Assembly: GCA_938083505.1 (NCBI GenBank)
Contig: CALKCF010000006.1
Coordinates: 119,047-183,046 of the forward strand
Source of the DNA: an uncultured archaeon
GTDB lineage: Archaea > Thermoproteota > Nitrososphaeria_A > Caldarchaeales > Wolframiiraptoraceae
Length of the DNA stretch: 64,000 nt
Reading direction: 5' to 3'
The notes beneath the pieces were generated by a model. The model made no database searches, was not told where the DNA came from, and saw nothing but the letters and a program-made list of their open reading frames with translations. Every line of letters starts with the position of its first letter. The stretch's first letter is position 1. The position numbers and the translations under genes were made by a program. Below, in pieces: positions 50,088-60,362 of this stretch.

Positions 50088-50987
50088 ATGAAAAATAGGT
50101 GGATAACCATAGCGCTCATTGTTATACTCACAGTTTCTGTTTTGTTCATTTCCATTTACCAAACAAGACAATATGAGAACGTCATACGTGTTACCACGGC
50201 AACGAGCCTGTACGCCACTGGTCTACTTGATAAATTAGCTGAGGAATTTAAGCGAAGGTACCCGGAAGTTTCGATTCATTTCATCGCAGTCGGTAGCGGC
50301 GAAGCTTTGCGAAGGGCTGTACGTGGCGATGCTGATATGGTTTTATCGCACGCACCGAACCTCGAGAGGCAGTACCTCAACGACGGGGTACTGAAATCCG
50401 GCGGGATATTCGCATATAACTACTTAATCATAGTCGGGCCTAGCGAAGACCCTGCCAACATAGCTGGCATGGACCCCGTTAGGGCCATGACCGCCATCTA
50501 CGTTGCGGGTGAAGAGGGCAAGGCAAAATTCGTATCCAGAGCGGACAAATCGGGGACGCATGCTAGAGAGTTAATGTTGTGGTCGTTGGCTGGTGTTAAC
50601 CCATTAAATAAGCAGTGGTACTTGGAGCTTGGAGCGGACATGGTTCAAACATTGATGGTGGCCAACGAGAAGGGAGCTTATACGCTCAGCGACGTCAGCA
50701 CTTATCTTAAATTCAGCAAAAGGCTGGGCGGGCTAAAAACGCTTATCGAGAAAGGGGATGCGTTGCTCAATGTCTACTCCGTCTACGTTGTTAACTCGGC
50801 AAAGGTCCCCGGCGTGAACGAAAAGCTGGCTGAGGCTTTCATGAAGTTCATACTCTCAGAGGAGGGACAAAAGATAATTGAAGGCTACGGCATCGTCGAG
50901 TTCGGCAGACCTCTGTTCAACGCGGCAAATGGTGACCCAAAGGGGGAACTTAAGAATGCTTGGGAGGACATTGCTAAGCTTGGATGA
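50088..50987 (+). CDS. tupA: Tungstate ABC transporter substrate-binding protein
   Basis: TTATSLYATGLL, GSGEAL, HAP, N.LIIVGP..DPA, FVSRADKSGTH.RE, YTLSD..TY; N-terminal TM anchor. Confidence 0.92.
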   Translation: MKNRWITIALIVILTVSVLFISIYQTRQYENVIRVTTATSLYATGLLDKLAEEFKRRYPEVSIHFIAVGSGEALRRAVRGDADMVLSHAPNLERQYLNDGVLKSGGIFAYNYLIIVGPSEDPANIAGMDPVRAMTAIYVAGEEGKAKFVSRADKSGTHARELMLWSLAGVNPLNKQWYLELGADMVQTLMVANEKGAYTLSDVSTYLKFSKRLGGLKTLIEKGDALLNVYSVYVVNSAKVPGVNEKLAEAFMKFILSEEGQKIIEGYGIVEFGRPLFNAANGDPKGELKNAWEDIAKLG

Positions 50988-51020
50988 GTCCTGTATATGT
51001 TTTGAGCGAGGTCTGCAACT

Positions 51021-51659
51021 ATGTGGCAAGAGTTAACCGATATTGTCGTAAGGTCCTTACTCATTTCTGGAATGGCCACGGTACTCGCTACATCTTGGGG
51101 TATACCCATCACCATGATTCTGACGGTCAAGGAATCCAAATTTAGGAGGGCTTTACTCGATGTTGCAAATACGCTTGTTGCTATCCCGACGGTCTTAATA
51201 GGCCTCCTACTCTACCTTTTATTCTCTCGTTCGGGTCCCTTGGGTTTCTTTGGTATACTCTACACGCCCACCTCAATCGCCCTCGGTGAGGCTATTCTGA
51301 TTACACCTCTCATAATTTCACTCAGTGCATCCGTACTTCGCGAGACGAAGACAGATATTTGGGAGATGGCCATCTCGATAGGCGCAACCGAAAGACAGGC
51401 ATTGGTCGTAATGGTGACAGAGTCGCTTCCGAAGTTACTGACGGCTGTTTTACTAGGTTTCAATAGAGCCATAGGTGAACTCGGTGTAGCTCTTATACTT
51501 GGAGGCAACATCAAAGGACTCACGCGTGTTATGACAACAGCAATAGCCCTAGAGGTCTCTAAGGGTGAGTTTGAGCTTGCCCTAACACTTGGAGGAATTT
51601 TGCTTTTCGTTACGTTCTTAGTAACGGTAATAGTCAGGAAGGTGGGTAGGGACTTATGA
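51021..51659 (+). CDS. tupB: Tungstate ABC transporter permease
   Basis: P.VLIGL..Y.L.SRSGPLG, GF.RAI.ELG...GGNI.G.TRVMTTAI. Confidence 0.93.
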   Translation: MWQELTDIVVRSLLISGMATVLATSWGIPITMILTVKESKFRRALLDVANTLVAIPTVLIGLLLYLLFSRSGPLGFFGILYTPTSIALGEAILITPLIISLSASVLRETKTDIWEMAISIGATERQALVVMVTESLPKLLTAVLLGFNRAIGELGVALILGGNIKGLTRVMTTAIALEVSKGEFELALTLGGILLFVTFLVTVIVRKVGRDL

Positions 51660-52330
51660 TAGAGCTGAAAGGTGTTTCGTTTGCATATGTAAAAGAAGAT
51701 GTCATTAAGGACGTAAACCTCTTGCTAGGTCCAGGCGTAACCGCAATCATAGGACCAAACGGTTCGGGAAAGACGACCTTGCTAAAGCTGGCAGCCGGCA
51801 TATATAGGCCACGAGTGGGCGAAGTCCTGATAGACGGGATCAATCCATGGTCCGTGCCGGAGACCGTTAAGACATCAATAAGACGGAATGTTGTCTATAT
51901 ACATGAGGAGCCTATAATGCTCAGAGGTAGCGTCGCCGATAACGTCGCTTATGGTTTAAGAATTAGGAAATTGCCTGCTGATGAAGTCGTCATTAGGACC
52001 GAGGAGGTGTTAGAGGTACTTGGCATTAAACATCTGGCACATGAAAAAGCTCAAACACTCTCAGCTGGACAGAAACAAAGGGTGGCCCTAGCCAGGGCCT
52101 TGGCCGTTAGACCGAAGAACCTGCTACTTGATGAGCCTACGGCAAACTTGGACAGGTGTGGCCGGGAAACATTAATGGAGTTGGTAAAAGATTTGGTAAG
52201 AAAGGGTGTTTGTATCGCAATAGCGACGCATGATAGACTTCTTGCCTTTAAGCTGACGGATAGAGTCGTTTTCGTAGAGAATAAGACAGCAATTTTCGTT
52301 GAGGGATCAGGAGGACGCTGGTTGATTTAA
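51656..52330 (+). CDS. tupC: Tungstate ABC transporter ATPase
   Basis: GPNGSGKTT, LSAGQKQRVALARAL, LDEPTANLD, THD. Confidence 0.9.
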   Translation: MIELKGVSFAYVKEDVIKDVNLLLGPGVTAIIGPNGSGKTTLLKLAAGIYRPRVGEVLIDGINPWSVPETVKTSIRRNVVYIHEEPIMLRGSVADNVAYGLRIRKLPADEVVIRTEEVLEVLGIKHLAHEKAQTLSAGQKQRVALARALAVRPKNLLLDEPTANLDRCGRETLMELVKDLVRKGVCIAIATHDRLLAFKLTDRVVFVENKTAIFVEGSGGRWLI

Positions 52331-52740
52331 TCGACGTACTTCGCACACTTGTAGCAATAGTACTTTTTATACTGAGGTATGTACGTTGCTTTTTCACCAC
52401 AAGTAGGACATATTACGTTGCTAGACCTAACAAGAGACTTCAAAGACTCGCCTATCCCACTCAGCTTTTCAATCATCGTTTGGGAAGTCGGTTTAGGTGT
52501 CTCTAATAGCGGTGTTTGTGGAGCTTGTATCTCAATCTTCTCCTTCAGCAGAACGATGTCGCCGACGGCATTCACCTTTGTCCATGGCACATACTCCGTG
52601 GTTCTATACTTAGTCTGTACCTGAAGGGTTATCTCGTTCTTGTCTATTATTAGCTTAACGTCGTTTATCGTCCCTATCAAAGTTCCATCTGGGTTGTAAA
52701 CCTGTTTACCTATAAGCTGACTTCTGGTTATGCCCGACAT
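52327..52740 (-). CDS. PRC-barrel protein with C-terminal zinc ribbon
   Basis: LIGKQVY..DG..IG.I.DV, VPW..V.AVGDIVL; CPTCG...CYKC. Confidence 0.85.
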   Translation of the reverse strand: MSGITRSQLIGKQVYNPDGTLIGTINDVKLIIDKNEITLQVQTKYRTTEYVPWTKVNAVGDIVLLKEKIEIQAPQTPLLETPKPTSQTMIEKLSGIGESLKSLVRSSNVICPTCGEKATYIPQYKKYYCYKCAKYVD

Positions 52741-52965
52741 ACGTCCAGCCTGCCACGTAGATATTTATAAATATATATTACGGTACTGTATCAAGAAGTG
52801 TCACCATAAAGTGTTAATGCTTTTTAAGGCCCTATCGACAATGTAGTTTTTTAGTCCGTAAAGAACAAATTATACACCTAAAGTCCGCTCTGAAAGTTGC
52901 TTGATCGCATCCTTGTCCGGCAGATTCCTAAACCCGCGTTCTCTTCCACCTTCCTTAAAAAATCC

Positions 52966-53184
52966 TTACACTAATCCGTCGCCAACCATTTTCAGAAGAA
53001 AATTATCAATGTTGGTTACAGCATGACTGTTCAACACAAATATCACTCTCATCACGAGAAATGTTGCTTTCTCGACTCCAGCATATCTCCTCCTATCCTC
53101 GACCATTTTCTTTAGTTTTTGACTAGTTATTTTCGCGAGGTTAGTGCATTGTTCGATAAATTCTTCCCACGTTATTTCTCGCAT
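52966..53184 (-). pseudogene. Gene fragment, N-terminus resembles type I phosphoribosyltransferase
   Basis: ITWEEFIEQC.NLAKI start; short, no PRPP motif; AT-rich context. Confidence 0.3.
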
Positions 53185-53495
53185 TTTGTTATCTACAAAG
53201 GAGAGGCTTATACCTTCTTAGAAATGTGGCCAGATAACATCATACCATAAAACAGCGTAATTAAATTGTTTAGTAACGTAGATGTCGGTATTTTGTCTTG
53301 TAATTAACTCTTCACGATAACGGTCACTACCTTATAGATATCCTTTACGACGGTTTTAGATGTTACCCTTCTAAAAAACGGCGTAATTATCCCATTACGT
53401 CCGGAGAGGTTAGAGTTTGTAGAAAAGACGGCAATCATGGAGCCCACTTCCTATATTATGATAGCGCTGGACATCTATAACTTTGGCTGAGGGCC

Positions 53496-53531
53496 ATGAT
53501 TCTATGTTCATTACATGCAACATAGAATCAT
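53496..53531. repeat. Perfect 13-bp inverted repeat upstream of MFS gene
   Basis: ATGATTCTATGTT-N10-AACATAGAATCAT. Confidence 0.85.
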
Positions 53532-53579
53532 AGCTCATAATCAAACCTATATACTCGACAGTAGTCGGAATACTTTAAA

Positions 53580-54790
53580 ATGCAAGGCTGGAAGCACCAC
53601 CATACTGTATGGCTGGTGATGATACTCGGATGGATATCGATATATATGATAAGGATGGCACCTTCATCTTCCTTGATAAGCATAAAGCATGAGTTTAACC
53701 TTTCATATACAGAGGTAGGGCTTCTTGTTACTGCATATTTCTACGCTTACTTTCCTGCGCAGTTTCCTTCTGGATGGATAGGTGATAGATTCGGTCGAAG
53801 GCGTGTGCTGAGCCTCTCCAGCATGCTGTGGGGCATATTCTCCATCTTCACCGCAATCGCGAACAACTTTCATCAGTTCCTAGCGGCAAGGATTGCAACA
53901 GGCATTGCCCAGGGATTGTACTTCGGTAACGACCGGCCCACAGTTGCGGCATATGCACCAAAAGGTAGCGCAGGAATAAGCCAAGCCATATCATTCATAG
54001 GCATAGGCCTTGGAACGGTCCTCGGCATGTACCTAGGTGGTCTGATAACGTCGTCGATGGGATGGATGTGGACGTTCGTAATTTTCGCTATACCTTCTTT
54101 TGTAGTTTCGATTACAATGTTTGCACTACTTAAGAACATACCTTCGAATGAAACCAATAGCTTAAGATCTTTTTCAGAGCTACTTAGAAATAGAGACTTC
54201 TTACTTATGTGTCTCGCCGGTATACCATGCATATATGCTTTCTGGGTCCTGGCCACATGGGCTCCGATGATGTTCATAGAGATAGGCATAGAGGATATTA
54301 CTACGTCGTCGCTATTGGCATCCATCATAGGGATGGCGGCAGTTCCAAGTCTGATATCCATGGGCTACCTGAGCGATGCTCTAAAAAAGAAGGGCTTGAA
54401 GAGGAAGCTGATAATCTTCTTGGATACAACCCTCATGTCAGTCTTCTTATTTCTGTTCGGTTACTTTCTGTCTATGAACTTGAGTCCGATCTTGTTGATA
54501 GTTTTTATGCAACGATCAGTCTACTTTACTGGGGTTTTGTAGCCCCGCTTTATGCTATGCTGCAAGAGATGATTTCCAGCAGACTTCACGGAACGGCCTT
54601 CGGTCTGATGAATGGTATACACTTTACCGGATCGCTGATATCCCCCTGGCTTACGGGCCTACTGAGGGACTTGACTGGCAACTTCGTCTGGAGTATTTAC
54701 ATACCCGCCACGATGTTATTGTTCAGCTCCTTGACCATAGCTTTAGTATCGCCGGCTTTTAGCTTCAGGTATAAGACAGTAAAACTTTAG
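53580..54790 (+). pseudogene. MFS transporter with a single -1 frameshift
   Basis: GWIGDRFGRRR motif A; adding one T at 54502-54506 joins the 53580 and 54209-frame ORFs (IVF-YATISLLYWG). Confidence 0.85.
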
Positions 54791-54806
54791 CACCTAAAGA
54801 TTTAAG

Positions 54807-56160
54807 ATGAACATTATGTCGGCCGAAGCGAATTACCTCCTTTTAATGCCGGAGCATAAATATCCCAGATGTTTTTGCACGGAAGAAGAAATCATAATGG
54901 CTAAAAGGATACGCAAGTTCGTTGACAAGGAAGTCTTGCCCAACAGGTAGAATTTAGAAGGTAGATGGCACCGTAATGGAGAATTAGCATATAAGACATT
55001 ATTCGATCTATACTACAAGTGTCATCAGCTAGGGTTAACAATATCAAACTTGCCAAGCGAATATGGCGGTCTAGCTTTATCACCGATAGTCAGATACATG
55101 ATAAAACGAAGAACTGTCCCGAGGCGATGTTGGGTTAGCAACTTTGGTGGGCAAAACACATTGGATAGTGTCGTTCATGTACAACAGAGTGCAAGTGAGA
55201 GAGGACTTGCTCTGAGGAGTTTGCGCCTAAATTGACGGGCAATGTTCCATACATTTAATGCATAAACATAAGCGAGCTAGAAGGTGGTGCGAACATAGAA
55301 GATCCGACCTTAAAATTGAGAACTTTGAACGCTGTAATCGTTAAAAAGGAAGGGATTTCTGGGCGTTAAATGGACACAAGATTTGGCCCAGACCAGCCGC
55401 TGACCCCTCATATTGGGATAACTGGCATAAAAATGGTCAGACAAGTTTACCGGACACCTTGGATACCGGATCGTTGTGACAGAGGATCCGAGCAGAGGTG
55501 AAGATGCCGCAGGCATGGTGTATCATCCGTACAATGCCGAGGATATTAAGTTTGGGCTACCATATAAAAAGTGCTGGCTATGTTGGACTGACGAAAATGT
55601 TAAGGTTCCAGCAAAGTATAGGGTCGATGTTAAACCAGGAAATGGTGCCAAAGATAATTCACGGATATGTTATTGGAGCTGGTAGACTGGCTGCAGCGGC
55701 AAGGCCCACAGGAATTGCGACGGCATGTTTGGAGATTGCTCTTGAGTGGACAAAGAGCAGACAAATTGCAGGAAAATCCGTAAAGGGAGAGGTCCTATTT
55801 CGCGTCAATTCTAGCTGACATGTATAGAATGGTCGACTTAGCCAGGCAGTACTATCTCTCGGTCACTTGGCAGGGCATGCATCCCGGCATATATGGTGAG
55901 ATTTGGGAGCCTCACATGCTAGCAAAGTTTTCTACAGTGCGCTCTTTCGCCGGTGAGGCTGCCATGTTCTATGCCAACAAAGTCATGGAACTCATGGGCT
56001 CGTAAGGTTATGTATTTGAGATGAACCTCGAGAAATATTACAGAGACTTTAAGATCGTGTAGATGTGACTTAGAGGTGCCCAGAGGGATAGGCTGAATAT
56101 TGCACAAGGTCTGTATGGGCCGTTTAAGTGGGCTGGTTATAAAGAGTGGTTGAAGGTGAG
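54807..56160 (+). pseudogene. Acyl-CoA dehydrogenase pseudogene
   Basis: IRKFVDKEVLP, P.EYGG, GGANIED, NGHKIWP, R.IAGKSV, MELMGS.GY, EKYYRD.KI; many stops and frameshifts; ends approximate. Confidence 0.88.
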
Positions 56161-56328
56161 GTGGCCGAAAAAGTTTGCCAGTTCTAAGAATTCAATTGAA
56201 AAGGAGATAAATAAAACACTTAACAGAGCATCAGAAAGTGAAATGGAAGCTGAGAAGATAAAAAAGAGTTAAGCAAAGATATGGAGTATGATATGGACGA
56301 AGCGACGAAAAATTAACTTCAAGCGCAC

Positions 56329-56934
56329 TTAACCACAACCATATTTCCTTGCCCACCACTCAGTCCTAAACTCGCTTTTTGAACAGTAGGACGTAAGAAT
56401 CTTGGCAAACCCGTTTTCTAATAATTCCGCATTCAAGTTAACCCCTTCGCAAATTATTTTTGCGACAACTCTGTTGTATCTATCATAAGGTTGACCATCA
56501 TCTTGGTCCGCTATTGCGGAAACTCCGACAGCGCACACCTTTTTTGTGAACTCTTTAGCCTCATTGTATCCCGGTTCGCCCTTTTCGGGCGTATTCACCA
56601 ATGCTAGCCTTATCCTTATGCCATTAATCTCTAATGTATCACCATTTATAACTGCTGTAACCCTACCTACGATGCAAAGAGCTTTTCCAGAACACATGCT
56701 GGTTTGAGGCTTAGGTGTTGTATGCTCTGTAGGCTTCCATTTTGGTGCGCTAGAAATAGCAAACATTATAAGGTATATCGAGCAGGCTAGGATAATAAGA
56801 ATCGATATCAACTTTACGAGCTTCAAAATACTTAACACCCCCTGCGTAAGAGGTTCAGGGAACTCATAAAAAATCGGGCTTTTCCGTATATAATATTTTG
56901 GCTTCGCTTTGAACAGTGTGATCGCCTCGGCCAA
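56329..56934 (-). CDS. Membrane-anchored thermonuclease (SNase-like)
   Basis: TM helix; V.AVINGDT, IRLALVNTPE, DRYNRVVA, LN.ELL..G.A. Confidence 0.8.
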   Translation of the reverse strand: MAEAITLFKAKPKYYIRKSPIFYEFPEPLTQGVLSILKLVKLISILIILACSIYLIMFAISSAPKWKPTEHTTPKPQTSMCSGKALCIVGRVTAVINGDTLEINGIRIRLALVNTPEKGEPGYNEAKEFTKKVCAVGVSAIADQDDGQPYDRYNRVVAKIICEGVNLNAELLENGFAKILTSYCSKSEFRTEWWARKYGCG

Positions 56935-56939
56935 ATCTT

Positions 56940-57842
56940 CTAGCGAAAAATTTCCTGAGCTTATTTTTTAAGCAAACCCGACCTACTGAACTTTTCGTTC
57001 AAAATCTTTTGAAGATGTCTTGCAACCTCTTTTATTTGCTTTCTCTTCAACTTTTTCTGGTTTGCCTAATTTTTGAGTGATTATTTCAAGTTTCAATGTG
57101 TCGCTTTTGGAGAGTGTTATGAGCAATCTTCAATCAGCATGTTTTGTAATACCTCCGGCCGCTTGGCTTTCAGGCGAGAGCGCAAGCATGTAGAAAACAT
57201 CGGATATGCCAAAATTCCTCAGCACCTTAAACTCAAGAACCTTTACGCGTTTCGTCATCTAAACTACCTTAAGCAGCTCAATTGTTGGATTGCCTGAAAT
57301 GATGCTTTTTCACGTATATATCAGAGACGCTGGCCTTCACCGTTTCGGTTTCGCTCTCATTTGCGAAGATACTGCCCGAATCGTCATTAATCATGAATGC
57401 CGAGCCGGCGGTAACGTGTATCCAACCAAGTAGAGCTCACTCGCGCCGAAATCTTTTGATGCTATCTCTTTCTTTCCGAAGAACGAATAGTGTTGAATCG
57501 TGTATCCATATAGAAGACCTGAAAGAAACCGAATTTGATACGTTACGTTCTCCGTTTGTTCTGGTATGTCTGTGTTTTCCGAGAAAACAACCAAATCAAC
57601 TGGTGTGGTGCTCGTTGTTTCGGCAAAACCTACGGCCGAGTCAACAATACAATAAACTCTAAGGGTTGTGCTTAGATTGGCTCTGCCCCTTACTTTTTAC
57701 ACGTACTTCCCCAGTTGCCGGAGCTTTTTTCCCTATTTCTGCTAGATTTACCGAGCCAGAGTAAGCACTAACTGGAATATCGCCATAAAGCCCATAAACC
57801 ATCACCTTGATGTTGACATGCGAGGTCCATGTAGCACCTTCG
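56940..57842 (-). pseudogene. Degraded coding remnants of unknown family
   Basis: Protein-like reading frames interrupted by stops and shifts upstream of the nuclease. Confidence 0.35.
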
Positions 57843-58130
57843 TCTTCTACCACATATGGAGCATGGGCTGAGGTATGCTTTGCGTTGACATACTTAACTG
57901 GTAGACTGTTTAGTTTAGTCTTATACTCGATGTAGGATTGTAGCTTTCTAAAGTTCCATGAGTGTAGTCTATGGTTTAGCATTTTGCCGTAGTGGATGTT
58001 TCCTTACCCACTTTAAGTCCTCAATTATTATTATGTCCATGTCATGTTGTCTTACAAACTCATCATCTTCTTGGATATCTTATGACATTTATCCATAATT
58101 ATCCTCCAGAGTGTTTCTTAAGAAGTTTTT
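57843..58130 (-). mobile_element. tnpB: IS200/IS605-family tnpB, central fragment
   Basis: KLLKKHSG..DKCHKISK...IIIEDLK...LNHRLHSWNFRKLQSYIEYK...YVN..HTS..CSICG with frameshifts. Confidence 0.88.
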
Positions 58131-58248
58131 ACAATATATAATCTTGAAGACTGTGAAGAACATAGAAAATTGGCGGCTGGAATAACATTAATAAACAACA
58201 TAATACTCAAAAACAATAATGATATATTATAATTTAGTAGGGATCATT

Positions 58249-59322
58249 ATGGAACCTCCTTATCTAGTTTCATACGCGATTACAAGGAAATGTAACCTCA
58301 AATGCAAACATTGTTATAGTGATGCTATTGATAAACCAGCGCCTGACGAGCTTTTAACAAGAGAGGCAAAAAAACTCTTAGATGACATTGCGAGTTGGGG
58401 TGTGAGACTTTTAATCATGGATGGTGGCGAACCTCTTTGTAGAGACGACTTCTTCGAGATTGCTGGCTACGCTTCAGATATAGGCTTGAAGGTTGTATTA
58501 GGAAGCAATGGAACTTTCATCGATGTAGAAACTGCTAGAAGGATAAAGGAAGTTGGAATCAAAGCAGTACAGATCTCCATTGATGGAGCTAGGGCGGAAA
58601 CACATGATTTATTTCGAGGCGAAAACGGTGCTTTCTATAAAGCTATGCAAGGAGTTAAAGCATGTAAAGAGGTGGGCTTATCATTCCAATTCGGCATGGT
58701 TATTAGAAAGCAAACTCTTAATGAAATCCCAGATATGCTAAGATTAGCTGTTAAAAACGGAGCGATCGCTGCAGAATTCTTCGACCTCGTCGCCGTTTCA
58801 AGAGTTAAACGAGAATGTCCTGAAGAAGTTTTGACTAGAGGCGAAAGGAAGAAGATTATGGAATGGTTAACCGAGGCTCAGAGAAATTGCCTGATAATAA
58901 TCAGGGTGCCAGGTTGCCCAATGTATCCTTTAATCCTTAAAGAGAAGAATATCAAACCAAAGTATTTCTCAACTGATACATTACAAAGAATTCCGTACTA
59001 TGATCGTGGATGTGCTGCCGGGATGCCAAATGGTTATATCACTATACTTCCAAACGGCGATGTGATACCATGTATGCTTCTACAAGTAAGGCTAGGCAAT
59101 ATTAGAAAAGATAGTATCGTGAAGATCTGGAATGAATCACCGATCCTATTAAAACTCCGATCAAGAAATCTTCTTAAGGGTGAATGTGGAAGATGTTCTT
59201 ACAGAGATATTTGCGCTGGATGCAGAGGCAGAGCTTACGAAGAGACAGGAAACATGCTAGCCTCAGATCCAGGATGCTGGCTACCCACTGCACTTGGACA
59301 TTACAATACTTACGAAAGGTAA
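58249..59322 (+). CDS. Radical SAM/SPASM protein (NirJ/Ahb-like)
   Basis: CNLKCKHC, GGEP, QISIDG, GCAAG, G.VIPC, CGRC.Y..ICAGCR.RAY, DPGC. Confidence 0.92.
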   Translation: MEPPYLVSYAITRKCNLKCKHCYSDAIDKPAPDELLTREAKKLLDDIASWGVRLLIMDGGEPLCRDDFFEIAGYASDIGLKVVLGSNGTFIDVETARRIKEVGIKAVQISIDGARAETHDLFRGENGAFYKAMQGVKACKEVGLSFQFGMVIRKQTLNEIPDMLRLAVKNGAIAAEFFDLVAVSRVKRECPEEVLTRGERKKIMEWLTEAQRNCLIIIRVPGCPMYPLILKEKNIKPKYFSTDTLQRIPYYDRGCAAGMPNGYITILPNGDVIPCMLLQVRLGNIRKDSIVKIWNESPILLKLRSRNLLKGECGRCSYRDICAGCRGRAYEETGNMLASDPGCWLPTALGHYNTYER

Positions 59323-59574
59323 GCTCATATCTAGGCAATAAACACTACCCTAAATTAATTTAATTTTTTAAGGAGTATGTCCAGGAATTCATTTGTAAAG
59401 TTATCTTGTTATGAGCTTTAGGCAGTAGACTATAAGTCTTAGGAGTGTTCTCGTCTTGCCCGACCCCCTCCATCCTCGTCTTCATTCTATCTCCAAATTC
59501 GATGGTTAGAGCTTCAAAGAAATTCCCTCCTATACTTCTAAAACCTATGGATTCAAGGATTCCCTAAGAGAGGC

Positions 59575-59790
59575 TCAAAAAAAATCTAGGACTTACCTTC
59601 ATGAGGGAGCATGAATTCATATTAGCTGACGGAACAATATCAAGCGTAAGATCTCTGAGGGTTATATCTCCATCACCTTAAGGTGAGGGACACACCCAGT
59701 CGTTCTGGGTGAGGCGTAGGAGCATACACTGCTCGGTGTTATGACGCTAAAAATCTTAGGCTTGGTCTTCAACCCCTTAACCTTCATGAA
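59575..59790 (+). pseudogene. Clan AA aspartic protease C-terminal remnant
   Basis: LG....EHEFILADGT..KRKISE...PVVLGE...LLGVMTL.ILGLVFNP with stops and shifts. Confidence 0.7.
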
Positions 59791-60090
59791 AAGACTAAGG
59801 ACTGTGATTAAATATATAGTTGTATGATGTTCATCAAACCCGCGTTAAGGCTTTAGAATCCATTAAATAAAAACAATGTTTAAAGAATAAGGGGATCATT
59901 ATAAATACGTTATAACAGTATGGAATCAATTGCATAAATCATAATGATGGAAGGCTAATGGTTGCTGAGAAGATTATGGGTGGGGCTTCCCATCTCTTTT
60001 GATGTGGCAACCTCGCCACGGTTCTCTCCGCCGTCTGCGCTGATACTGAGAATCATAACTAAGTAAGACTTCAAAACTGTTGTCAGATAG

Positions 60091-60259
60091 TTAACATTTT
60101 ATGAGTACCTGTTCCCTCTCAGCTGTAACCTCATTGAGGGCATTCAGGGGCGACGGAGCTCTCCTCGTCCTGAGGAGATTCAAGTATACGGTTGCATCTC
60201 TATCATTTACATATCCCCATTCTGCACTTTAATAACCTATGCCTTTCAGTGCTAATCTT
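60091..60259 (-). mobile_element. tnpB: tnpB C-terminal fragment (second Zn knuckle, RuvC-III)
   Basis: LALKGHRLLKC..GYVNDRD....LNLLR...P.PL.A; stop at 60091-60093. Confidence 0.8.
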
Positions 60260-60362
60260 AACCTTTTCTTAGACTTTTCTTGAAAATAAATGTGGTTTAA
60301 AAGCTTTTCGGATACCACCTACCGCGATCGTGTTTTCCGCGTTTTTTACGAGTTTTCACCGG

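Noticed and set aside
57659-57982. 107-aa ORF as a genuine gene
   Set aside because: Chimera of a frameshifted tnpB fragment and unrelated flanking sequence across the 57843 junction
59943-59975. Possible C/D box sRNA (ATGATGG...CTGA)
   Set aside because: Imperfect C box, no second C'/D pair, lies in decayed mobile DNA
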